In this document: piece by piece, positions 1 to 11,475 of the stretch
How the letters are laid out: each line of letters starts with the position of its first letter
Numbering within the stretch: position 1 is the first letter of the stretch
Origin: Chiloscyllium plagiosum
Lineage: Eukaryota
Direction of reading: 5' to 3'
Length of the DNA: 64,000 nt
NCBI RefSeq assembly: GCF_004010195.1
Contig: NC_057752.1
Span: 15,079,585-15,143,584, forward strand
Position numbers and translations under genes: made by a program
The notes under the pieces: generated by a model
What the model was told of the DNA's origin: nothing
Database searches by the model: none
The model's input: the letters and a program-made list of their open reading frames with translations, nothing else

Positions 1-894
1 CATCAGGGGAAGAACAACAGGGGAATTCTCTTTGTACTAATGAGCATTGTTCTGTCAACCAATATCACCAATTCAAATTATATCTGGTTATTTTTCTCCC
101 GACTATAAGACTTTGTAATTGTGACAATATTTCAGAAGTACTTGATTGTAAAGCATCCTGAGGTTCTGAACAATTACTGCAAGTCTGCTCTTTCCCTCTT
201 CGTTTCCGTCCTTGTATTGAGAGAAAAGGATCAGGAAGGGAAGGGCAGAGAAATAAGTTACCCATGAGGTTAAATGTCTCATGCTGTTTAAATAAGTGAG
301 CACTAAGAACTCCTGTGAGGGAAATATCGGGGAAAACAAATTCTGCAAAGGTCGTCAGTCACAGTCTACCTCACCTTCTAGGAAAAACTAGATTCTCAAG
401 TTTGGTTGACCAGGAACAGAAGTGAACATTTGGGACTAATATCAAACTGTGAAAAGTACTCAGTGAAGTGAATCATAGTTGCAAAACAATCCAGGTAAAT
501 TGCAGCATGACCTGATGTGCATCTGTCAGAATTACAAGATGAAACATGTAGATCTCCTTGAGGTTATTGTAGTGTTTTAATGAGATTGCCTCATCTCTGC
601 TGTGTGCCAGGAACCTGCACAGTATGTTGAACTCTTTTGCAGCAGTTGTTGTTGTGACAAGGCTTTCGTGCTGGATGGAACGGAAGTGAGAAATCTGTTC
701 CCACCCATGCTGCATCTAACTGGGTTTATAATTGTTTTCTGCTCGTTTCCATAGTGATTAGGGAAATATTTACATACGCACAGCAGCTGGATGTGGGCAG
801 ATGGATGTATGTACAGTGTATACAGATGAAGTCCTGGCTAGATATTTCGTTCACGAGTCCATAAAAGAATTCCAATGCGGGATTGCAGTAACAT

Positions 895-1270
895 CGAAAA
901 TAGAAGCCAAGGGAGGCCATTCAGCCCTTTGAGCCTGCTCCATGATTCAATATGATCATGGCTGATAATCTAACTCACTCCCCTGTTCCCACTTTCTCCC
1001 TATGCTGGCTGATCCATTTAGCTTTAAAAACTGTAGGTATCTCTCTCTTGTAAACATTCAATGTTTTGGCCTCAACTGCTTTCTTGCAGAGATTTCCATA
1101 GGCTCACCACTCTTTAAGTGAAGACATTTCTCCACATCTCAGTCCAAAATGGCTTTGTCTGTCCAAACATCCAACGAGTTAGGAGTAAGCCATTTGGCCC
1201 CATGAATTTGCTCCACCACCCAGGATATCATGGCTGATCTGATTATAACTTCAACACCACTACGAGAGCT
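895..1270 (-). mobile_element. Decayed CR1 LINE 3' fragments
   Basis: Reverse complement resembles the CR1 RT C-terminus and 3' UTR (GGCCATTCAGCCC...CTGCTCC...CATGGCTGAT motif) repeated throughout the window. Confidence 0.7.
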
Positions 1271-1604
1271 AATTTTCAAGGTTAGAGTGAAAAATCTGGA
1301 GCTTGGGCCTGAGTTGGGTAGTTTTATGGAAAGGCTCAGTATAGACTCAATAGGCTAGGTGTTATCCTATGCTGTTAAATTAGATGATGTGGAGGTGCCG
1401 GTAATTTGAGACTTAGACTTGGTTGCAAGTTGATGGATACGTAGAGACAGCAAGACAGCACAGGAAGAGATTTAAAAGAGCCTTTATTTAGAAAAACATT
1501 TCAAAGGCAGTTTACAGGATGTAATCAGTCACAACTACACCACAGTAAACACAGCATTATGACAGGTGACCTAAAACTTGGTGTACGAAATGGATTATCA
1601 TAAA

Positions 1605-2465
1605 ATAGAATCCCTCCCATGTGGAAAGAGGCCATTCAGTCCATAGAGTCTGCACTGACTCTCTAAAGAGCATCCGCAAGAAATTGCAGAGATTTGTGAA
1701 CGTGGCCCAGTCTATCGCAAAAACAGCCTTCCTTCCATTGACTCTGTCTACACTACCCGCTGCTTTGGAAGAGCAGCCAACATAATGAAAGACCCCCTCC
1801 AACCCCAGTTATACACTCTTCCATTGGGCAGATAATACAAAAGTTTGAAAACACAGACCAACAGATTTCAGAACAACTTCTTCCCTGCTGTTATCAGACT
1901 TAGAAACCGACCTCTCTCACATTAGAATTGATCTTTTCCTGCACCTTCTTTGTAGCTGAAACACTATATTCTGCATTCTGCTCTATTACCCTAATGTACT
2001 TATGTAAGATATGATTTGTCTGGTTAATATGCTAAACAATACTTTTCACGAGCTTGGTACATGTGACATTAATACACCAAATCAAATCAAATCACCCTAT
2101 CTCCATAACCCCGTATTTCCCAAGACTAATCCACCTAGACTGCACATCCCTGGACACTATGGGACAATTTAGCATAGCCAGTCCTCCTAACCTGCACATA
2201 TTTGGACTGTGGGAGGAAACCAAAGCAGCTGGAGGAAACCCATGCAGATGGGGAGGATTTGCAAACTCCACACAGTCACCCAAGGGTGAAATCAAACCTC
2301 CCTTTTTAAGGGCCACCACACCTCAGGTGAGGGAAGAGGTTGAGCAGGCCAAAGCAGCTGGAGGAAACCCATGCAGATGGGGAGGATTTGCAAACTCCAC
2401 ACAGTCACCCAAGGGTGAAATCAAACCTCTGGTGCTGTGAGGCAGTAGTGCTAACCACTGTACCA
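1605..2465 (-). mobile_element. HE1-type V-SINE split by a Rex1/Babar insertion and carrying an internal duplication
   Basis: 3' tail at about 1605-1675 and V-domain/tRNA head at about 2095-2465 (GGACTGTGGGAGGAAACC...CAAACTCCACACAG...GCTAACCACTG). Confidence 0.8.
1680..2093 (+). mobile_element. Rex1/Babar-like LINE 3' end
   Basis: Degenerate KLQRFVNVAQSI...IMKDP...TNRFQNNFFPAVIRL coding remnant, 3' UTR CTTTTCAC..CTTGGTACATGTGAC and (CAAAT)n tail. Confidence 0.7.
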
Positions 2466-2620
2466 CCCTTTTTAAGGGCCACCACACCTCAGGTGAGGGA
2501 AGAGGTTGAGCAGGTTTCCCTCCCTGGTAACCCCAGTTGAGGCAGGAGTTGAGGCAGGAGTTGAACCCGTGCTGTTGACATTAGTCTGCATCACAAGCCA
2601 GGTGTCCAACCAACTGAACC
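2465..2620 (-). mobile_element. tRNA-derived SINE, second family (partial)
   Basis: Reverse complement has a tRNA-like head (GGTTCAGTTGG...CACGGGTTCAACTCC) and body (CTCAACCTC...TGGTG.CCCT) matching the copy at 36040-36257. Confidence 0.7.
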
Positions 2621-3074
2621 ATGAAAGAGCAAAACACATGGATTCAAATAGAGTTGTCATTCAGGGATCTAGGAGCAAACGTAGGTCAACAAGAGTTTAA
2701 GTGAGTGGGTCTGGAATGAGATATGAGCTTACTTTCTTTCCTTCCTCTGTGCTCTAATGTAAGTTGGAAGGTCAGCAGTTAATTGGGACTGTGGCAAAGC
2801 TTGGAGGAGGCATTACTCAAGAAACTGGAGGGCAAGGACAGGAGGAAATCTTGATGTGAGTGGGGGAGAAAGCTATGATTGACAATCCCAAAAGTTGATC
2901 AAATTTTCTGAAGTTTTCTGTGTCTTTCGGAGAGCTTTACAGTTTGGGAATGAATGGTGTATATGGAGAGAGAAGATTTAGTCAGAACTGATGGCAAAGG
3001 GAGAAGCAGAGAAGGCAGATGGAGAAATTAAGAAAGACACTGAAGAAAAGGAAAGTGGAGTAATTGACAAAGTA

Positions 3075-3180
3075 TTTTTGTTCAATGTAAGCTTAAGCAC
3101 CAACACCTTGTCTTTCAGTTAGGCACTGCACAGCCTTCCAGCCGAAATGTTGAGTTCAATAAGTTCCGATCATAACTTCT
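3075..3180 (+). mobile_element. Old PLE fragment (GIY-YIG C-terminal part)
   Basis: Reads QCKLKHQHLVFQLGTAQPSSRNVEFNKF, similar to RRLEEERLIFRRGTLQPQGMNKDF in the PLE at 31698-32161. Confidence 0.5.
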
Positions 3181-4171
3181 GCCCTCCTTTTCGAATAACA
3201 ACTGAGGATAATAGAGTCATACAGCATGGAAACAGACTCTTCAGTCCAACTCGTCCGTGCCGACCCAGTCTCCTCATTTGAACTAGTCTCATTTACCTGC
3301 ATTTGGCCCGTATCCCTCTGTACCTTTCCTATCCATGTGCCTGTCCAAATGTCTTTTAAATGTTGTAATTGCAGTCACTTCTCAGCTTCCTCTGGCAGCT
3401 TGTTCCATACACATACCACATTCTGTATGAAAACGTTGCCCTCTAGCTCCCTTTTAAATCTTTTCCCTCTCACCTTGAACTTGTGCCCTCCAGTTTTCGA
3501 CTCCCTTACACTGGAGAAAGGACCTTGGCTATTCACCTTATCCTTCCTCTAGCAGGGCAACCAGAATTGTACACAGTACTCCAAATGTGCCCTTACTAAT
3601 GTCTTGTACAACCATAACATGACATGCCAACTACTGTACTCAGTGCTCTGACCAATGACGGCAAACATACAAAATGTCTTCTTCACCACCCTGTCTACCT
3701 GTGATGCCACTTTCAAGTAACTACCTGCACCCCTAGGTCTTGTTGTTCGACAACACTCCCCAGGGCCCTACCATTAACTGTGTAAGTACTGCCTTGGTTT
3801 GTCTTGCCAAAATGCAACACCTTGCATTTATCCAAATATATGTATTTATCTAAATTTATTCATCTGCCAGTCCTTGATCCACTGGCCCAGTTGATCAAGA
3901 GCCCATTGTACTCTTAGATAATTTCCTTTACTTTCCACTATACCACCAATTTTGGTGTCATCTGCAAGCTTATTAACCATGGCTCCTATATTCTCATTCA
4001 CATTGTTTATATAAATGACAAACAGTGGATCCAGCATTGATCCATGCAGCAAACCACTGGTTGCAAGCCTCCAGTCTGAAAAATCACCCTCCGTCTCCTA
4101 CCATCAAACCAATTTTGTAACCAGTTGGCTAGCTCTCCCTGGATCCTACGTGATCTAACCTTACTAACCAG

Positions 4172-4411
4172 AGTTTAGATCAGAGTGGTGCTGGAAAAGC
4201 ACAGCAGGTCAGGTAGCATCCGAGGAGCAGGAAAATCGACGTTTCGGGCAAAAGCCCTTTATTAAGAATAGATCAGGAATATTCCTGATGAAGGGCTTTT
4301 GTCAGAAACGTCGATTTTCCTGCTCCTCTAATGCTGTCTGACCTGTGCTTTTCCAGCACCACTCTGATCTAAACTCTGGTTTCCAGCATCTGCAGTCCTC
4401 ACTTTTGCCTT
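4172..4411. mobile_element. PLE family A fold-back mini-element (inverted terminal-repeat arms, no ORF)
   Basis: About 100-bp inverted arms (4168-4266 vs about 4283-4380); 14-bp TSD ACCTTACTAACCAG at 4158-4171 and 4412-4425; 3' end matches the GIY-YIG-bearing copy at 31698-32161. Confidence 0.85.
4285..4312 (+). ncRNA. Minimal hammerhead ribozyme motif (stem II closing pair mutated)
   Basis: CTGATGA-A-GGGC TTTT GTCA-GAAA-CG-TC; the sister arm shows the intact stem GGGC TTTT GCCC. Confidence 0.6.
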
Positions 4412-5304
4412 ACCTTACTAACCAGTCAACAATGTCGAAGGCCTTGCTAAAGCCCATGTAGACAACTCTACTCAATCTTTATTGCTCTGCCTTTATCTAT
4501 CTTCTTGGTCACCTCTTCAAAAAACTCAATCAAGTTTATAACAGGCTATTTCCCTCACACAAAGCTGCGCTGACTATCCCTTATCAGTCCTTGCCTTTCC
4601 ATATGCATGTAGATCCTGTCTTTCAGAATTCCCTTCAACAACTTACCCACTACTGATGTCACGCTCACCGGTCTCTAGTTCCCTGGCCTATCCTTGCAAC
4701 CTAAATAACAGTACAACATTAGCCATCCTGCAGTCTTCTGGCACCTCATATGTGGCTATCGATGATACAGATATCTCTGCTAGGGACCCCGCAATTTCTT
4801 CACTAGCTTCCCGCAATCTCCTGGGATACACTTAACACTACTGTTTGCATTTTGCTCCCACATCACCCTTGCTTCATTTGCACATCTCTTTAAATCTGTG
4901 CCCTCTCGATCTTGTTTCTTTTACAAGCAGAAATGGCTTCATACTATCTGTCCTGCCTGCCCATGAGTTTGAAAACCTCAGATCTCCTCTGTGTTGTTCT
5001 CTCCAGGGAGAACAGTCCTAACTTCTTCAAGCGATTTTGCAAGGCATGGCTGGGAATATTTGTCTACGTATGCTCCATTATTCAAGAAATAGTTCATTTC
5101 ATAAGTTACACTTAACATTGTAAAACTGGAGATTTTCCTGACTGACTGCTGGTCATCTTTTTTTTGTTGTGGTGTCAAATTAATCTCCATTGGCATCAGC
5201 TAATTAAAGTGCATTGTTTCTACTGATGTCATAATACAGTTAAAGGTTTATAGACCTCTCATACGTTATCCTTACATAATTCAGTCTCCATTTGTACGTT
5301 CACA

Positions 5305-6845
5305 GAATCATACAGTATAGCAGAAGCCCTTCGGCCCATTGAATTTGTACCACCAAAAATGCACTACTAGTTCCACTTCTCTGCGCAAGGCCCATTGCCT
5401 TGAATGTGATGACATTTCAAGGGCTCATCCAAGTACTTTTAAAGGTTTCCCGCCTCGACTATCCTCCCATGCAGTGGGTTCTAGATCCCCACCACACTCT
5501 GGCTGAACAGACTTTTCCTCAAATCCCCACTAAGCCTCCTGCCTTTTGCTTTAAAATTATGTCTCTTGTTACTGACTCTTTGACTAGTGGGCACAGTTGC
5601 TTTCTATTCACCCTGTCCATGCACGTCATAAATTTATACACCTCTTTCGGGTCCCCCACAACTTTCTTTCCTCCAAAGAAAACCACTTGAGCTTATCCAG
5701 CCTCTCTTCATCACTGAAATGGTCCATCCCAGACAACGTCCTGGTGAATCTCCTGTGCACCCTCTCCAGTGCAATCACATCATTCGTGTAGTGTGGTAAC
5801 CAGATGTGCACAAAGTACCCCAGCTGTGGCCTAACAAAAGTTCTGCACAATTTCAACATAACTTTCCTATTCTTATAAGCTATGCCAAAACTGTTAAATG
5901 CAAGTGTACCATATGCCTTAACTACCCTATTAACCTGTCTGCCACCTTCAGGGATTTGTGGACAAGCACCCCAAGGTCACTCTGTTCCTCTGAGCTTATT
6001 AGAGTCCTGCCATTCATTGAGGAACCCTTGTCTTGTGTCTTCTTCCAAAGTGCATCATCACACATTTATCAGGGTTAAATTTCATCTGTGACTGGTCTAC
6101 CCAATGTAACCCAACCATTTGTATTCCCTTGTAACCTAACATCATCATCACAATCAACCACCTGGCCAATCTTTCGCTAATCCGCAAACTAACTTATCAT
6201 GCTGCCATCCACATTCTCATGTCCGTCATTTATGAATATAGGAATAATAAGGAATCCATCATTGATTCTATTGCTAACTGGGCTCCAGTCTCACAAACAC
6301 CTTTTTACCATCACCCTCTGTCTCCTGTCCCAAAGCCAATTTTGGATAGTCATGATGTCATACAGCATGGAAACAGACCCTTTGGTCCAACTAATCCAAG
6401 TTGACAGTGTTCCCAAACTAAACTAGTCCTACTTGCCTGTGTTTAGCCCATATTCCTCCAAACCTTTCCTATTCATTCACTTATCAAATGACTTTTAAAT
6501 GTAACTACCTGTATCCACCACTTCCTCTGACAGTCCATTCCACACACTAACTACTCTCTGTGTAAAAAAGTTGCTCCTCATGTCCGTTTTCAAACCTTCT
6601 CCTCTCACCTCAAAAATATTCCCCCTAGTTTTGAACTCCCTCACCCCAAGGAAAAAGACCTTTGCTATTCTCCTTATCTATGCCCCTCATGATTTTATAA
6701 ACCTCTATGAGGTCACCCCATAAACTCCTACACTCCAGTGAAAAACATCTCAGCCTCTTTTTATAACTCAAACTCTGTGTTCCCAGTAACATCCTGGTAA
6801 GGTATTTTTTCTGAACCCTCTCCAATTTAGTAATATCCTTCCTAT
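5305..6845 (-). mobile_element. Nested CR1 LINE RT/3' fragments
   Basis: LKLCRTFVRPQLGYFVHIWLPHY..DVIALERVHRRFTRTL and MERVQKK..RSLWGDLIEVYKIMRGID remnants. Confidence 0.9.
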
Positions 6846-7526
6846 GAATGTAGGTTTGCTCGCTGAGCTGGAAGGTTTGTTTTCGGACATTTCATCACCA
6901 TACTAGGTAACATCTTCAGTGAGCCTCCAGATGAAGCACTGGTGGTAGGGCCTGCTTTCTATTTATATGTTTAGCTAAAACAGCAGCTAATGAACGTGAA
7001 AGACCTCATACAGACAACAAGCAAAACAAATGTCATTTATGAAATACTGTGCAAGAACTGTAACAAACACTACATTGGACAAACAGGCAGAAAACTAGCC
7101 ACCAGGATACATGAACATCAACTCACCACAAAAAGACATGACTCTCTCTCACTAGTATCCTCATACAGATGAGGAAGGGCACCAATTCGACTGGGACAAC
7201 ACATCCATCCGAGTACGAGCCAAACAGAGAGACACACATGAGAATTCCTAGAAGCATGGCATTCCAACCGGAACTCTATCAACAAACACATCGAGTTAGA
7301 CCCCACCTACCACCCTCTGAGAAAAGGAACAGGAAATGACATCACCAACCCATGGAACCCCAAACATATAAATAGAAAGCAGACTACACCACCAATGCTT
7401 CATCCGAAGGCTCGCTGAACATGTTACCTAATGGGAGATGTATTGTCTGAAAACGAACCTTTCAGCTCAGCGAGAAAACCTACATCCAGAAACTCAACCT
7501 GAGCTACAAATCTTCTCAGAACTCGC
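6846..7526 (+). mobile_element. PLE family C, 5'-truncated, GIY-YIG endonuclease plus 3' terminal repeat, with an inverted repeat copy at the 5' end
   Basis: NVIYEILCKNCNKHYIGQTGRKLATRIHEHQ (GIY-YIG); 6846-6972 is an inverted copy of about 7362-7487; 15-bp TSD TAATATCCTTCCTAT at 6831-6845 and 7527-7541. Confidence 0.9.
6886..6919 (-). ncRNA. Minimal hammerhead ribozyme motif, PLE family C
   Basis: Minus strand reads CTGAAGA-T-GTTACC TAGTAT GGTGAT-GAAA-TG-TC; 6-bp stem II with wobble pairs. Confidence 0.6.
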
Positions 7527-8905
7527 TAATATCCTTCCTATAGCAGGGCAACCGGAACTGAACACAGTAATCCAGGAAAAGGTCTGACTAACGTACTGTA
7601 CAACCTCAACATAACATCCCAACTTCGATACTCAAAAGGTCTGAGCATTGAAGACAAACGTGTAAGATGATGCCTTAACCACCCTGTCTACCTGTGATGC
7701 AAATTTCAAAGAATTATGTACTTGAACTCCTATGTCTCTGTTCCACAACACTAACCAGGACCCTACCATTGTTTGTATAGGTCCTGCCTTTATGGTTTAC
7801 CAAAATGTAATACTTCACATTTATCCAAATTAAACTCCATCTGCCACTCTTCAGCCCATTCAACCATTTAGCCATAGAGTCACAGAGATGTACAGAACGG
7901 AAACAGTCTGTCCAGTCCATGCTGAACAGATATCCTAAATTAACCTAGTCCTAGCATTTTGCCTATATCCCCCTCAACCCTTCCTATTCTTGTACCCATC
8001 CAGAAACCTTTTTAAATATTGTAATTGTACCAGCGTCCACCAGCAGCTCATTCCATACATGCACCACCCTCTGCATGAAACTTTTGCCCCTTAGGTGTCT
8101 TTTTAAATCTTTCTCCTCTCACCTTAAACCAACTATATGTTAGATTGGTTAGCAAGGTTAGATCACAAAGAATACAAGGAGAGCTAGCTATTTGGAGACA
8201 AAATTGGCTGGACGGTAGGAGACACAGGGCGGTGGTGGTGAATGGATCATGGATAGAGCATGGATCAGTACTTGGGGCTACGATGTTGTGGCCATAATGG
8301 AGATGTGGGTTTTACAGGGGCCATATAGTTCTGGACTCTCCTACCCCGGGAAAAAGATCTTTGCTGTTCACCGTATCCATTGCCCCTCATGATTTTATAA
8401 ACCTCTATAAAGTCACTCCTCACCCTCCAATGCTCCAGGGAAAACAGCCCCAGCCTATTCAGCCTCTCCCTATAACTCAAACCCTCCAACCCTGGCAACA
8501 TCCTTGTAAATCTTTTGTGAACCCTTTCAAGTTTCACAACATCTTTCCTATAGCAGGGAAACCAGAATGCAACTCCGTATTCGAAGGGTGGCCAAACCAA
8601 TGTTCTGTACAGCAACAACATGACCTCCCAACTCCTATACCCAATGCACTGCCCAATAAAAGGGCATGTGTACCAAGCGCCACCTTCGCTACACTGTCTA
8701 CCCATAAATCCACTTTCAAGGAACTATGAAATAAGAGACCACGGTCTTTTTGTTTAGCAGCTCTCTCAAGGACCTTACTATTAAGTGTATAAGTCCTACT
8801 GTGATTTGCCTTTGAAAAAATGCAGCACCTCATGTTTATTTAAATTAAACTCCATCTGCCACTCCTCAGCCCAATGGCCCATCTGATCAAGGACCTGCTG
8901 TACTC
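7527..8905 (-). mobile_element. CR1 LINE fragments (RT C-terminus) with an embedded inverted duplicate
   Basis: LYRTLVWPPFEYGVAFWFPCYRKDVVKLERVHKRFTRMLPGLEGLSYRERLNRLGLFSLE. Confidence 0.9.
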
Positions 8906-8907
8906 CG

Positions 8908-9542
8908 TGAGTCCGTGGTTAAGAAAGCAAGTGTAATGTTGTCGTTTATCTCAAGAGGGTTGGAATGTAAAAGCAGCAATGTGCTACTGAGACTTTATGA
9001 AGCTCTAGTTAGGCCCCATTTAGAATACTTTGTCCAATTTTGGGCCCCACACCTCAGGAAGGACACACTGGCACTAGCAAATGATCCCTGGAATGGTAGG
9101 CCTAACATACAATGCTGAGGATCCTTGGATTGTATTCATTAGAGTTTAGACGGTTGAGGAGAAATCTAAAAGAAACTTGCAAGATAATGCATGGCTTAGA
9201 AAGGGTGGACACTGGGAATTTGTTTCTCTCAGGCGGGGATACTAGGACCCATGGGCACAGCCTTAGAATTACTCGCAGTCAATTTAGAACAGAACTGAGG
9301 AGACATTTCTTCACCCAGAGAGCAGTGGACCTGCGGAATTCATTGCCACGGAGCGCAGTGAAGGCCGGGGCGTTAAATGTCTTCAAGGCAGAGATTGAAA
9401 CATTCTTGATCTCTCAAGAAATTAAGGGCTAAGGGGAGAGTACGGCTAAGTGGCGTTGAAATGCCCATCAGCCATGATTAAATGGCAGAGTGGACTCAAT
9501 GGGCTGAATGGCCTTACTTCCACTCCTCTGTCTTATGGTCTT
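8908..9542 (+). mobile_element. 5'-truncated CR1 LINE with TCTTATGGTCTTA tail
   Basis: [31 protein letters not shown]..; same subfamily as 11476-13440 in the opposite orientation; TACTC occurs at both flanks. Confidence 0.9.
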
Positions 9543-10770
9543 ACTCTGATATAACCTTTTTTTGCTGCCCAATACACCGCCAATTTTGGTGTTATCTGCA
9601 AACTTACTAACCTTACCTCCTGTGTTCGCATCCAAATCATTTATATAAATGACAAAAAGCAGTGGACCCAGCACTGATCCTCTAGCTTTGGACTCTCCTA
9701 TCCATTGCCCCTCATGATTTTATACAGCCTCCAACGCTCCAGGGAAACCTGCCCCCAGCCTATTCAGCCTCACACTGCTGGTCACAGGTCTGCAGACCAA
9801 AACGTCCTCAACAATCTTAGTTTTTGTAGCTGTGATGCACTCTCTGATTAGCAATGCTCCACTCCTCCCTCCTCTTTATCCACCCTCCCTGTTCTTTTTA
9901 AACATTCGAAACCCTGCAACATCAAGCAACCATTCCTGCCCCTGTGAAACCCACAACTCCATTATGGCCACAACATCGTAGCCCCAAGTACTGATCCATG
10001 CTCTATCCATGATCCATTCACCACCACCGCCCTGTGTCTCCTACCGTCCAGCCAATTTTGTCTCCAAATAGCTAGCTCTCCTTGTATTCTTTGTGATCTA
10101 ACCTTGCTAACCAATCTACCATATAGAACCGTGTCGAACACCTTACTGAAGTCTGTATAGACAAGGTCCACTGTTCTGCCTTCATCAATTTATCAAAATC
10201 TCTTTGTAACATTAGATAATCTTCTTCACACAGCTTTAAATTGAGGGGTGATAGAGATAGGACAGATGTCAGAGGTAGGTTCTTTACTCAGAGAGTTGTA
10301 GGGGCTTGGAACACACTGCCTGCAACAGTAGTAGGCTCGCCAACTTTAAGGGCATTTGATAAACAAATGGATGACAATGGAATAGTGGACGATAGATGGG
10401 CTTCAGATTGGTTCCACAGATCGGCAGAACATCGAGGGCTGAAGGGCCTGTACTACGCTGTAATATTCAATGTCACTGTCATTACACCACCAATTTTAGT
10501 GTCATCCGCAAACTTACTAACCATGCCTCCTAAATTCTCATTCAAATCGTTTAAGTGACAAACAAAATTGGACCCAGTATCAATCCATATGGAACACTGC
10601 TGGTCACAGGCCTCCAGTCTGCACAACAAGCCTCCACCATCACCCTTTGTCTCCTACTGTCAAGCCAATTTTGTATCCAGGTGGCAAGCTCACCTTGAAT
10701 CCCACAATGATCGAACTTTACTAATTAGTCTACCATGCAGAACCTTGTCAAAGGCTTTACTGAAGTCTAC
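9543..10770 (-). mobile_element. Rearranged CR1 fragments (RT and APE pieces; + strand 3' end at about 10230-10470)
   Basis: LGPLLFVIYINDLD..KFADNTKIGG, DLVYTDFSKVFDTV and RGRFFTQRVVGAWN remnants. Confidence 0.85.
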
Positions 10771-10771
10771 A

Positions 10772-11475
10772 TAGTTAGAGAGTTAGGTTGGAAGCGGAAG
10801 AGCAGGACGAGTAGAGTAGTGATCTCAGGTTTGCTACCGGTGCCACGAGATAGTGAGATGAGGAACAGTCAGCGAATGCAGCTTAACATGTGGCTGCGAG
10901 GCTGGTGCAGGAGGGAGGGCTTCAGATACCTAGACCATTGGGATACATTCTGGGGAAAGTGGGGCCTGTACATGAAGGACGGGTTGCACCTGAACTGAAG
11001 GGGCACAAATGTCCTGGGTGGGAGATTTGATCGTGTGATTCGGGAGGGTTTAAACTAGTTTGGCAGTGGGTTGGGAATCAGAGCCACATGTCTGAGAGGG
11101 GGTCAGTTGCAGAGGGACAGTGACAGGATATGTTGAATCTATCAGGAAGATTTCTCACGCAATTAAACAAAGGGATCGGTTAAAGTGTGTCTGCTTTAAT
11201 GCAAGGAGTGTCCAAAATAAGAGTGACGAACTTAAAGCATGGATCAATACTTGGGGTTACGATGTTGTGGCCATAATGGAGATGTGGGTTTTACAGGGGC
11301 AGGAATGGTTGCTTGATGTTCCAGGGTTTCGAATGTTTAAAAAGAACAGGGAGGGTGGATAAAGAGGAGGGAGGGGTGGAGCATTGCTAACCAGAGAGTG
11401 CATCAAAGCTACAAAAACTAAGGTTGTTGAGGAAAGTTTGTCTACTGAGTCAGTATGGGTGGAAGTTAGGAACAC
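10772..11475 (+). mobile_element. CR1 LINE ORF1 (SGNH/GDSL esterase-like) end and ORF2 APE endonuclease start
   Basis: VVISGLLPVPR..LNMWLRGWCRREGFRYLDHW..KDGLHLN, then KCVCFNARSVQNKSDEL..YDVVAI. Confidence 0.9.

Larger units (their letters stand above)
3210..4835 (-). mobile_element. CR1 LINE, ORF2 RT region to 3' end, interrupted by a PLE mini-element
   Basis: Minus-strand remnants GSMLDPLFVIYINNV..KLADDTKIGG and W..WQM; frameshifts and stops. Confidence 0.9.
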
